Assembly (NCBI GenBank): GCA_043228905.1
Contig: JBHGNT010000143.1
Span: forward strand, 1 to 64,000
DNA length: 64,000 nucleotides
Source: Azolla caroliniana
Taxonomy: Eukaryota > Plantae > Polypodiophyta
Direction of reading: 5' to 3'
The notes under the pieces are model-generated. The model did not search any database. It worked only from the letters and a program-made list of their open reading frames with translations, and was not told the origin of the DNA. The position numbers were made by a program, and so were the translations under genes. Positions within the stretch are counted from its first letter, which is position 1. Every line of letters begins with the position of its first letter. This document shows, one piece after another, positions 12,901 to 26,522 of the stretch.

Positions 12901-15900
12901 ATCTTGATTTTTTAATTCCATATCATAGCTAGCGTTGCTAGCTTCGATTTGCATGGTTGAACACAAAAATCCGATATCACACGAGCCAGGTATGAACATT
13001 TTAATTTACTCAAGGGCTCCTCTCAACTCCCTCCTCAAGTTTGCTATTTTCGTCATGTCTCTCGACCTGAGTTTGAAAATCTTGATTTTTTAATTCCATA
13101 TCATAGGTAGCGTTGTTAGCTTCGATTCGCATGTTTGAACACAAGAATCCGATATCACACGAGCCAGGTATGAACATTTTAATTTACTCAAGGGCTCCTC
13201 TCAACTCCCTCCTCAAGTTTGCTATTTTCGTCATGTCTCTCGACCTGAGTTTCAAAATCTTGATTTTTTAATTCCATATCATAGCTAGCCTTGTTTGCTT
13301 CGATTTGCATGATTGAACACAAAAATACGATATCACACGAGCCCGGTATGAACATTTTAATTTACCTACTAGCTCTTCTCAACTCCCTCCTCAAGTTTGC
13401 TATTTTCGTCATGTCTCTCGACCTGAGTTTCAAAATCTTGTTTTTTTAATTCCATATCATAGCTAGCGTTGTTAGCTTCGATTTGCATGATTGAACACAA
13501 AAATCCGATATCACACGAGCCAGGTATGAACATTTTAATTTACCTACTAGCTCTTCTCAACTCCCTCCTCAAGTTTGCTATTTTCGTCATGTCTCTCGAC
13601 CTGAGTTTCAAAATCCTGATTTTTTAATTCCATATCATAGCTAGCGTTGCTAGCTTCGATTTGCATGGTTGAACAGAAAAATCCGATATCACACGAGCCA
13701 GGTATGAACATTTTAATTTACTCAAGGGCTCCTCTCAACTCCCTCCTCAAGTTTGCTATTTTCGTCATGTCTCTCGACCTGAGTTTCAAAATCTTGATTT
13801 TTTAATTCCATATCATAGCTAGCGTTGTTTGCTTCGATTTGCATGATTGAACACAAAAATCCGATATCACACGAGCCAGGTATGAACATTTTAATTTACC
13901 TACTAGCTCTTCTCAACTCCCTCCTCAAGTTTGCTATTTTCGTCATGTCTCTCGACCTGAGTTTCAAAATCTTGATTTTTTAATTCCATATCATAGCTAG
14001 CGTTGTTTGCTTCGATTTGCATGATTGAACACAAAAATCCGATATCACACGAGCCAGGTATGAACATTTTAATTTACCTACTAGCTCTTCTCAACTCCCT
14101 CCTCAAGTTTGCTATTTTCGTCATGTCTCTCGACCTGAGTTTCAAAATCTTGATTTTTTAATTCCATATCATAGCTAGCGTTGTTTGCTTCGATTGGCAT
14201 GATTGAACACAAAAATCCGATATCACACGAGCCCGGTATGAACATTTTAATTTACCTACTAGCTCTTCTCAACTCCCTCCTCAAGTTTGCTATTTTCGTC
14301 ATGTCTCTCGACCTGAGTTTCAAAATCCTGATTTTTTAATTCCATATCATAGGTAGCGTTGTTAGCTTCGATTCGCATGTTTGAACACAAAAATCTGATA
14401 TCACACGAGCTAGGTATGAACATTTTAATTTACCTACTAGCTCTTCTCAACTCAGTCCTCAAGTTTGCTATTTTCGTCATGTCTCTCGATCTGAGTTTCA
14501 AAATCTTGATTTTTTAATTCCATATCATAGCTAGCGTTGCTAGCTTCGATTTGCATGATTGAACACAAAAATCCGATATCACACGAGCCCGGTATGAACA
14601 TTTTAATTTACCTACTAGCTCTTCTCAACTCCCTCCTCAGGTTTGCTATTTTCGTCATGTCTCTCGACCTGAGTTTCAAAATCTTGTTTTTTTAATTCCA
14701 TATCATAGCTAGCGTTGTTAGCTTCGATTTGCATGATTGAACACAGAAATCCGATATCACACGAGCCAGGTATGAACATTTTCATTTACCTACTAGCTCT
14801 TCTCAACTCCCTCCTCAAGTTTGCTATTTTCGTCATGTCTCTGGACCTGAGTTTCAAAATCTTGATTTTTTAATTCCATATCATAGGTAGCGTCGCCAGC
14901 TTCGATTCGCATGTTTGAACACAAAAATCCGATATCACACGAGCCAGGTATGAACATTTTAATTTACTCAAGGGCTCCTCTCAACTCCCTCCTCAAGTTT
15001 GCTATTTTCGTCATGTCTCTCGACCTGAGTTTCAAAATCTTGATTTTTTAATTCCATATCATAGCTAGCGTTGCTAGCTTCGATTTGCATGGTTGAACAC
15101 AAAAATCCGATATCACACGAGCCAGGTATGAACATTTTAATTTACTCAAGGGCTCCTCTCAACTCCCTCCTCAAGTTTGCTATTTTCGTCATGTCTCTCG
15201 ACCTGAGTTTGAAAATCTTGATTTTTTAATTCCATATCATAGGTAGCGTTGTTAGCTTCGATTCGCATGTTTGAACACAAGAATCCGATATCACACGAGC
15301 CAGGTATGAACATTTTAATTTACTCAAGGGCTCCTCTCAACTCCCTCCTCAAGTTTGCTATTTTCGTCATGTCTCTCGACCTGAGTTTCAAAATCTTGAT
15401 TTTTTAATTCCATATCATAGCTAGCCTTGTTTGCTTCGATTTGCATGATTGAACACAAAAATACGATATCACACGAGCCCGGTATGAACATTTTAATTTA
15501 CCTACTAGCTCTTCTCAACTCCCTCCTCAAGTTTGCTATTTTCGTCATGTCTCTCGACCTGAGTTTCAAAATCTTGTTTTTTTAATTCCATATCATAGCT
15601 AGCGTTGTTAGCTTCGATTTGCATGATTGAACACAAAAATCCGATATCACACGAGCCAGGTATGAACATTTTAATTTACCTACTAGCTCTTCTCAACTCC
15701 CTCCTCAAGTTTGCTATTTTCGTCATGTCTCTCGACCTGAGTTTCAAAATCCTGATTTTTTAATTCCATATCATAGCTAGCGTTGCTAGCTTCGATTTGC
15801 ATGGTTGAACAGAAAAATCCGATATCACACGAGCCAGGTATGAACATTTTAATTTACTCAAGGGCTCCTCTCAACTCCCTCCTCAAGTTTGCTATTTTCG

Positions 15901-16376
15901 TCATGTCTCTCGACCTGAGTTTCAAAATCTTGATTTTTTAATTCCATATCATAGCTAGCGTTGTTTGCTTCGATTTGCATGATTGAACACAAAAATCCGA
16001 TATCACACGAGCCAGGTATGAACATTTTAATTTACCTACTAGCTCTTCTCAACTCCCTCCTCAAGTTTGCTATTTTCGTCATGTCTCTCGACCTGAGTTT
16101 CAAAATCTTGATTTTTTAATTCCATATCATAGCTAGCGTTGTTTGCTTCGATTTGCATGATTGAACACAAAAATCCGATATCACACGAGCCAGGTATGAA
16201 CATTTTAATTTACCTACTAGCTCTTCTCAACTCCCTCCTCAAGTTTGCTATTTTCGTCATGTCTCTCGACCTGAGTTTCAAAATCTTGATTTTTTAATTC
16301 CATATCATAGCTAGCGTTGTTTGCTTCGATTGGCATGATTGAACACAAAAATCCGATATCACACGAGCCCGGTATG
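9969..16376. repeat. 12-monomer HOR type I (2136 bp), 3 copies
   Basis: The marker GTTTGAAAAT recurs at ~10939, 13075 and 15211. CTCAGT, CTGGAC/GTCGCC, AGCCTT and ATTGGC recur with the same 2136-bp period. Confidence 0.92.
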
Positions 16377-18334
16377 AACATTTTAATTTACCTACTAGCT
16401 CTTCTCAACTCCCTCCTCAAGTTTGCTATTTTCGTCATGTCTCTCGACCTGAGTTTCAAAATCTTGATTTTTTAATTCCATATCATAGCTAGCGTTGTTT
16501 GCTTCGATTTGCATGATTGAACACAGAAATCCGATATCACACGAGCCAGGTATGAACATTTTCATTTACCTACTAGCTCTTCTCAACTCCCTCCTCAAGT
16601 TTGCTATTTTCCTCATGTCTCTCGACCTGAGTTTCAAAATCTTGATTTTTTAATTCCATATCATAGCTAGCATTGCTAGCTTCGATTTGCATGATTGAAC
16701 ACAAAAATCCGATATCACACGAGCCCGGTATGAACATTTTAATTTACCTACTAGCTCTTCTCAACTCCCTCCTCAGGTTTGCTATTTTCGTCATGTCTCT
16801 CGACCTGAGTTTCAAAATCTTGTTTTTTTAATTCCATATCATAGGTAGCGTTGTTAGCTTCGATTTGCATGGTTGAACACAAAAATCCGATATCACACGA
16901 GCCAGGTATGAACATTTTAATTTACCTACTAGCTCTTCTCAACTCCCTCCTCAAGTTTGCTATTTTCGTCATGTCTCTCGACCTGAGTTTCAAAATCCTG
17001 ATTTTTTAATTCCATATCATAGCTAGCGTTGCTAGCTTCGATTTGCATGGTTGAACACAAAAATCCGATATCACACGAGCCAGGTATGAACATTTTAATT
17101 TACCTACTAGCTCTTCTCAACTCCCTCCTCAAGTTTGCTATTTTCGTCATGTCTCTCGACCTGAGTTTCAAAATCTTCTTTTTTTAATTCCATATCATAG
17201 CTAGCGTTGTTTGCTTCGATTTGCATGATTGAACACAAAAATCCGATATCACACGAGCCAGGTATGAACATTTTAATTTACCTACTAGCTCTTCTCAACT
17301 CCCTCCTCAAGTTTGCTATTTTCGTCATGTCTCTCGACCTGAGTTTCAAAATCTTGATTTTTTAATTCCATATCATAGCTAGCGTTGTTTGCTTCGATTT
17401 GCATGATTGAACACAAAAATCCGATATCACACGAGCCAGGTATGAACATTTTCATTTACCTACTAGCTCTTCTCAACTCCCTCCTCAAGTTTGCTATTTT
17501 CCTCATGTCTCTCGACCTGAGTTTCAAAATCTTGATTTTTTAATTCCATATCATAGCTAGCGTTGCTAGCTTCGATTTGCATGATTGAACACAAAAATCC
17601 GATATCACACGAGCCCGGTATGAACATTTTAATTTACCTACTAGCTCTTCTCAACTCCCTCCTCAGGTTTGCTATTTTCGTCATGTCTCTCGACCTGAGT
17701 TTCAAAATCTTGTTTTTTTAATTCCATATCATAGGTAGCGTTGTTAGCTTCGATTTGCATGATTGAACACAGAAATCCGATATCACACGAGCCAGGTATG
17801 AACATTTTAATTTACCTACTAGCTCTTCTCAACTCCCTCCTCAAGTTTGCTATTTTCGTCATGTCTCTCGACCTGAGTTTCAAAATCTTGATTTTTTAAT
17901 TCTATATCATAGCTAGCGTTGCTAGCTTCGATTTGAATGGTTGAACACAAAAATCCGATATCACACGAGCCAGGTATGAACATTTTAATTTACCTACTAG
18001 CTCTTCTCAACTCCCTCCTCAAGTTTGCTATTTTCGTCATGTCTCTCGACCTGAGTTTCAAAATCCTGATTTTTTAATTCCATATCATAGCTAGCGTTGC
18101 TAGCTTCGATTTGCATGGTTGAACACAAAAATCCGATATCACACGAGCCAGGTATGAACATTTTAATTTACCTACTAGCTCTTCTCAACTCCCTCCTCAA
18201 GTTTGCTATTTTCGTCATGTCTCTCGACCTGAGTTTCAAAATCTTGATTTTTTAATTCCATATCATAGCTAGCGTTGCTAGCTTCGATTTGCATGGTTGA
18301 ACACAAAAATCCGATATCACACGAGCCAGGTATG

Positions 18335-21300
18335 AACATTTTAATTTACCTACTAGCTCTTCTCAACTCCCTCCTCAAGTTTGCTATTTTCGTCATGTCT
18401 CTCGACCTGAGTTTCAAAATCCTGATTTTTTAATTCCATATCATAGCTAGCGTTGCTAGCTTCGATTTGCATGGTTGAACACAAAAATCCGATATCACAC
18501 GAGCCAGGTATGAACATTTTAATTTACCTACTAGCTCTTCTCAACTCCCTCCTCAAGTTTGCTATTTTCGTCATGTCTCTCGACCTGAGTTTCAAAATCC
18601 TGATTTTTTAATTCCATATCATAGCTAGCGTTGCTAGCTTCGATTTGCATGGTTGAACACAAAAATCCGATATCACACGAGCCAGGTATGAACATTTTAA
18701 TTTACTCAAGGGCTCCTCTCAACTCCCTCCTCAAGTTTGCTATTTTCGTCATGTCTCTCGACCTGAGTTTGAAAATCTTGATTTTTTAATTCCATATCAT
18801 AGGTAGCGTTGTTAGCTTCGATTCGCATGTTTGAACACAAGAATCCGATATCACACGAGCCAGGTATGAACATTTTAATTTACTCAAGGGCTCCTCTCAA
18901 CTCCCTCCTCAAGTTTGCTATTTTCGTCATGTCTCTCGACCTGAGTTTCAAAATCTTGATTTTTTAATTCCATATCATAGCTAGCCTTGTTTGCTTCGAT
19001 TTGCATGATTGAACACAAAAATACGATATCACACGAGCCCGGTATGAACATTTTAATTTACCTACTAGCTCTTCTCAACTCCCTCCTCAAGTTTGCTATT
19101 TTCGTCATGTCTCTCGACCTGAGTTTCAAAATCTTGTTTTTTTAATTCCATATCATAGCTAGCGTTGTTAGCTTCGATTTGCATGATTGAACACAAAAAT
19201 CCGATATCACACGAGCCAGGTATGAACATTTTAATTTACCTACTAGCTCTTCTCAACTCCCTCCTCAAGTTTGCTATTTTCGTCATGTCTCTCGACCTGA
19301 GTTTCAAAATCCTGATTTTTTAATTCCATATCATAGCTAGCGTTGCTAGCTTCGATTTGCATGGTTGAACAGAAAAATCCGATATCACACGAGCCAGGTA
19401 TGAACATTTTAATTTACTCAAGGGCTCCTCTCAACTCCCTCCTCAAGTTTGCTATTTTCGTCATGTCTCTCGACCTGAGTTTCAAAATCTTGATTTTTTA
19501 ATTCCATATCATAGCTAGCGTTGTTTGCTTCGATTTGCATGATTGAACACAAAAATCCGATATCACACGAGCCAGGTATGAACATTTTAATTTACCTACT
19601 AGCTCTTCTCAACTCCCTCCTCAAGTTTGCTATTTTCGTCATGTCTCTCGACCTGAGTTTCAAAATCTTGATTTTTTAATTCCATATCATAGCTAGCGTT
19701 GTTTGCTTCGATTTGCATGATTGAACACAAAAATCCGATATCACACGAGCCAGGTATGAACATTTTAATTTACCTACTAGCTCTTCTCAACTCCCTCCTC
19801 AAGTTTGCTATTTTCGTCATGTCTCTCGACCTGAGTTTCAAAATCTTGATTTTTTAATTCCATATCATAGCTAGCGTTGTTTGCTTCGATTGGCATGATT
19901 GAACACAAAAATCCGATATCACACGAGCCCGGTATGAACATTTTAATTTACCTACTAGCTCTTCTCAACTCCCTCCTCAAGTTTGCTATTTTCGTCATGT
20001 CTCTCGACCTGAGTTTCAAAATCTTGATTTTTTAATTCCATATCATAGCTAGCGTTGTTTGCTTCGATTTGCATGATTGAACACAAAAATCCGATATCAC
20101 ACGAGCCAGGTATGAACATTTTCATTTACCTACTAGCTCTTCTCAACTCCCTCCTCAAGTTTGCTATTTTCCTCATGTCTCTCGACCTGAGTTTCAAAAT
20201 CTTGATTTTTTAATTCCATATCATAGCTAGCGTTGCTAGCTTCGATTTGCATGATTGAACACAAAAATCCGATATCACACGAGCCCGGTATGAACATTTT
20301 AATTTACCTACTAGCTCTTCTCAACTCCCTCCTCAGGTTTGCTATTTTCGTCATGTCTCTCGACCTGAGTTTCAAAATCTTGTTTTTTTAATTCCATATC
20401 ATAGGTAGCGTTGTTAGCTTCGATTTGCATGGTTGAACACAAAAATCCGATATCACACGAGCCAGGTATGAACATTTTAATTTACCTACTAGCTCTTCTC
20501 AACTCCCTCCTCAAGTTTGCTATTTTCGTCATGTCTCTCGACCTGAGTTTCAAAATCCTGATTTTTTAATTCCATATCATAGCTAGCGTTGCTAGCTTCG
20601 ATTTGCATGGTTGAACACAAAAATCCGATATCACACGAGCCAGGTATGAACATTTTAATTTACCTACTAGCTCTTCTCAACTCCCTCCTCAAGTTTGCTA
20701 TTTTCGTCATGTCTCTCGACCTGAGTTTCAAAATCCTGATTTTTTAATTCCATATCATAGCTAGCGTTGCTAGCTTCGATTTGCATGGTTGAACACAAAA
20801 ATCCGATATCACACGAGCCAGGTATGAACATTTTAATTTACTCAAGGGCTCCTCTCAACTCCCTCCTCAAGTTTGCTATTTTCGTCATGTCTCTCGACCT
20901 GAGTTTGAAAATCTTGATTTTTTAATTCCATATCATAGGTAGCGTTGTTAGCTTCGATTCGCATGTTTGAACACAAGAATCCGATATCACACGAGCCAGG
21001 TATGAACATTTTAATTTACTCAAGGGCTCCTCTCAACTCCCTCCTCAAGTTTGCTATTTTCGTCATGTCTCTCGACCTGAGTTTCAAAATCTTGATTTTT
21101 TAATTCCATATCATAGCTAGCCTTGTTTGCTTCGATTTGCATGATTGAACACAAAAATACGATATCACACGAGCCCGGTATGAACATTTTAATTTACCTA
21201 CTAGCTCTTCTCAACTCCCTCCTCAAGTTTGCTATTTTCGTCATGTCTCTCGACCTGAGTTTCAAAATCTTGTTTTTTTAATTCCATATCATAGCTAGCG

Positions 21301-24300
21301 TTGTTAGCTTCGATTTGCATGATTGAACACAAAAATCCGATATCACACGAGCCAGGTATGAACATTTTAATTTACCTACTAGCTCTTCTCAACTCCCTCC
21401 TCAAGTTTGCTATTTTCGTCATGTCTCTCGACCTGAGTTTCAAAATCCTGATTTTTTAATTCCATATCATAGCTAGCGTTGCTAGCTTCGATTTGCATGG
21501 TTGAACAGAAAAATCCGATATCACACGAGCCAGGTATGAACATTTTAATTTACTCAAGGGCTCCTCTCAACTCCCTCCTCAAGTTTGCTATTTTCGTCAT
21601 GTCTCTCGACCTGAGTTTCAAAATCTTGATTTTTTAATTCCATATCATAGCTAGCGTTGTTTGCTTCGATTTGCATGATTGAACACAAAAATCCGATATC
21701 ACACGAGCCAGGTATGAACATTTTAATTTACCTACTAGCTCTTCTCAACTCCCTCCTCAAGTTTGCTATTTTCGTCATGTCTCTCGACCTGAGTTTCAAA
21801 ATCTTGATTTTTTAATTCCATATCATAGCTAGCGTTGTTTGCTTCGATTTGCATGATTGAACACAAAAATCCGATATCACACGAGCCAGGTATGAACATT
21901 TTAATTTACCTACTAGCTCTTCTCAACTCCCTCCTCAAGTTTGCTATTTTCGTCATGTCTCTCGACCTGAGTTTCAAAATCTTGATTTTTTAATTCCATA
22001 TCATAGCTAGCGTTGTTTGCTTCGATTGGCATGATTGAACACAAAAATCCGATATCACACGAGCCCGGTATGAACATTTTAATTTACCTACTAGCTCTTC
22101 TCAACTCCCTCCTCAAGTTTGCTATTTTCGTCATGTCTCTCGACCTGAGTTTCAAAATCTTGATTTTTTAATTCCATATCATAGCTAGCGTTGTTTGCTT
22201 CGATTTGCATGATTGAACACAAAAATCCGATATCACACGAGCCAGGTATGAACATTTTCATTTACCTACTAGCTCTTCTCAACTCCCTCCTCAAGTTTGC
22301 TATTTTCCTCATGTCTCTCGACCTGAGTTTCAAAATCTTGATTTTTTAATTCCATATCATAGCTAGCGTTGCTAGCTTCGATTTGCATGATTGAACACAA
22401 AAATCCGATATCACACGAGCCCGGTATGAACATTTTAATTTACCTACTAGCTCTTCTCAACTCCCTCCTCAGGTTTGCTATTTTCGTCATGTCTCTCGAC
22501 CTGAGTTTCAAAATCTTGTTTTTTTAATTCCATATCATAGGTAGCGTTGTTAGCTTCGATTTGCATGGTTGAACACAAAAATCCGATATCACACGAGCCA
22601 GGTATGAACATTTTAATTTACCTACTAGCTCTTCTCAACTCCCTCCTCAAGTTTGCTATTTTCGTCATGTCTCTCGACCTGAGTTTCAAAATCCTGATTT
22701 TTTAATTCCATATCATAGCTAGCGTTGCTAGCTTCGATTTGCATGGTTGAACACAAAAATCCGATATCACACGAGCCAGGTATGAACATTTTAATTTACC
22801 TACTAGCTCTTCTCAACTCCCTCCTCAAGTTTGCTATTTTCGTCATGTCTCTCGACCTGAGTTTCAAAATCCTGATTTTTTAATTCCATATCATAGCTAG
22901 CGTTGCTAGCTTCGATTTGCATGGTTGAACACAAAAATCCGATATCACACGAGCCAGGTATGAACATTTTAATTTACTCAAGGGCTCCTCTCAACTCCCT
23001 CCTCAAGTTTGCTATTTTCGTCATGTCTCTCGACCTGAGTTTGAAAATCTTGATTTTTTAATTCCATATCATAGGTAGCGTTGTTAGCTTCGATTCGCAT
23101 GTTTGAACACAAGAATCCGATATCACACGAGCCAGGTATGAACATTTTAATTTACTCAAGGGCTCCTCTCAACTCCCTCCTCAAGTTTGCTATTTTCGTC
23201 ATGTCTCTCGACCTGAGTTTCAAAATCTTGATTTTTTAATTCCATATCATAGCTAGCCTTGTTTGCTTCGATTTGCATGATTGAACACAAAAATACGATA
23301 TCACACGAGCCCGGTATGAACATTTTAATTTACCTACTAGCTCTTCTCAACTCCCTCCTCAAGTTTGCTATTTTCGTCATGTCTCTCGACCTGAGTTTCA
23401 AAATCTTGTTTTTTTAATTCCATATCATAGCTAGCGTTGTTAGCTTCGATTTGCATGATTGAACACAAAAATCCGATATCACACGAGCCAGGTATGAACA
23501 TTTTAATTTACCTACTAGCTCTTCTCAACTCCCTCCTCAAGTTTGCTATTTTCGTCATGTCTCTCGACCTGAGTTTCAAAATCCTGATTTTTTAATTCCA
23601 TATCATAGCTAGCGTTGCTAGCTTCGATTTGCATGGTTGAACAGAAAAATCCGATATCACACGAGCCAGGTATGAACATTTTAATTTACTCAAGGGCTCC
23701 TCTCAACTCCCTCCTCAAGTTTGCTATTTTCGTCATGTCTCTCGACCTGAGTTTCAAAATCTTGATTTTTTAATTCCATATCATAGCTAGCGTTGTTTGC
23801 TTCGATTTGCATGATTGAACACAAAAATCCGATATCACACGAGCCAGGTATGAACATTTTAATTTACCTACTAGCTCTTCTCAACTCCCTCCTCAAGTTT
23901 GCTATTTTCGTCATGTCTCTCGACCTGAGTTTCAAAATCTTGATTTTTTAATTCCATATCATAGCTAGCGTTGTTTGCTTCGATTTGCATGATTGAACAC
24001 AAAAATCCGATATCACACGAGCCAGGTATGAACATTTTAATTTACCTACTAGCTCTTCTCAACTCCCTCCTCAAGTTTGCTATTTTCGTCATGTCTCTCG
24101 ACCTGAGTTTCAAAATCTTGATTTTTTAATTCCATATCATAGCTAGCGTTGTTTGCTTCGATTGGCATGATTGAACACAAAAATCCGATATCACACGAGC
24201 CCGGTATGAACATTTTAATTTACCTACTAGCTCTTCTCAACTCCCTCCTCAAGTTTGCTATTTTCGTCATGTCTCTCGACCTGAGTTTCAAAATCTTGAT

Positions 24301-24920
24301 TTTTTAATTCCATATCATAGCTAGCGTTGTTTGCTTCGATTTGCATGATTGAACACAAAAATCCGATATCACACGAGCCAGGTATGAACATTTTCATTTA
24401 CCTACTAGCTCTTCTCAACTGCCTCCTCAAGTTTGCTATTTTCCTCATGTCTCTCGACCTGAGTTTCAAAATCTTGATTTTTTAATTCCATATCATAGCT
24501 AGCGTTGCTAGCTTCGATTTGCATGATTGAACACAAAAATCCGATATCACACGAGCCCGGTATGAACATTTTAATTTACCTACTAGCTCTTCTCAACTCC
24601 CTCCTCAGGTTTGCTATTTTCGTCATGTCTCTCGACCTGAGTTTCAAAATCTTGTTTTTTTAATTCCATATCATAGGTAGCGTTGTTAGCTTCGATTTGC
24701 ATGGTTGAACACAAAAATCCGATATCACACGAGCCCGGTATGAACATTTTAATTTACCTACTAGCTCTTCTCAACTCCCTCCTCAAGTTTGCTATTTTCG
24801 TCATGTCTCTCGACCTGAGTTTCAAAATCCTGATTTTTTAATTCCATATCATAGCTAGCGTTGCTAGCTTCGATTTGCATGGTTGAACACAAAAATCCGA
24901 TATCACACGAGCCAGGTATG
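18335..24920. repeat. 12-monomer HOR type II (2136 bp), about 3 copies
   Basis: GTTTGAAAAT recurs at ~18771, 20907 and 23043. TTCATT/TTCCTC, TCAGG and AATCCTG monomers recur every 2136 bp. Confidence 0.92.
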
Positions 24921-25810
24921 AACATTTTAATTTACCTACTAGCTCTTCTCAACTCCCTCCTCAAGTTTGCTATTTTCGTCATGTCTCTCGACCTGAGTTT
25001 CAAAATCTTCTTTTTTTAATTCCATATCATAGCTAGCGTTGTTTGCTTCGATTTGCATGATTGAACACAAAAATCCGATATCACACGAGCCAGGTATGAA
25101 CATTTTAATTTACCTACTAGCTCTTCTCAACTCCCTCCTCAAGTTTGCTATTTTCGTCATGTCTCTCGACCTGAGTTTCAAAATCTTGATTTTTTAATTC
25201 CATATCATAGCTAGCGTTGTTTGCTTCGATTTGCATGATTGAACACAAAAATCCGATATCACACGAGCCAGGTATGAACATTTTCATTTACCTACTAGCT
25301 CTTCTCAACTCCCTCCTCAAGTTTGCTATTTTCCTCATGTCTCTCGACCTGAGTTTCAAAATCTTGATTTTTTAATTCCATATCATAGCTAGCGTTGCTA
25401 GCTTCGATTTGCATGATTGAACACAAAAATCCGATATCACACAAGCCCGGTATGAACATTTTAATTTACCTACTAGCTCTTCTCAACTCCCTCCTCAGGT
25501 TTGCTATTTTCGTCATGTCTCTCGACCTGAGTTTCAAAATCTTGTTTTTTTAATTCCATATCATAGGTAGCGTTGTTAGCTTCGATTTGCATGATTGAAC
25601 ACAGAAATCCGATATCACACGAGCCAGGTATGAACATTTTAATTTACCTACTAGCTCTTCTCAACTCCCTCCTCAAGTTTGCTATTTTCGTCATGTCTCT
25701 CGACCTGAGTTTCAAAATCTTGATTTTTTAATTCTATATCATAGCTAGCGTTGCTAGCTTCGATTTGCATGGTTGAACACAAAAATCCGATATCACACGA
25801 GCCAGGTATG

Positions 25811-26522
25811 AACATTTTAATTTACCTACTAGCTCTTCTCAACTCCCTCCTCAAGTTTGCTATTTTCGTCATGTCTCTCGACCTGAGTTTCAAAATCCTG
25901 ATTTTTTAATTCCATATCATAGCTAGCGTTGCTAGCTTCGATTTGCATGGTTGAACACAAAAATCCGATATCACACGAGCCAGGTATGAACATTTTAATT
26001 TACCTACTAGCTCTTCTCAACTCCCTCCTCAAGTTTGCTATTTTCGTCATGTCTCTCGACCTGAGTTTCAAAATCCTGATTTTTTAATTCCATATCATAG
26101 CTAGCGTTGCTAGCTTCGATTTGCATGGTTGAACACAAAAATCCGATATCACACGAGCCAGGTATGAACATTTTAATTTACCTACTAGCTCTTCTCAACT
26201 CCCTCCTCAAGTTTGCTATTTTCGTCATGTCTCTCGACCTGAGTTTCAAAATCCTGATTTTTTAATTCCATATCATAGCTAGCGTTGCTAGCTTCGATTT
26301 GCATGGTTGAACACAAAAATCCGATATCACACGAGCCAGGTATGAACATTTTAATTTACCTACTAGCTCTTCTCAACTCCCTCCTCAAGTTTGCTATTTT
26401 CGTCATGTCTCTCGACCTGAGTTTCAAAATCCTGATTTTTTAATTCCATATCATAGCTAGCGTTGCTAGCTTCGATTTGCATGGTTGAACACAAAAATCC
26501 GATATCACACGAGCCAGGTATG
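25811..26522. repeat. Four consecutive identical monomers (AATCCTG/GCTAGC/ATGG type)
   Basis: Monomers starting at 25811, 25989, 26167 and 26345 read identically by eye. Confidence 0.85.
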
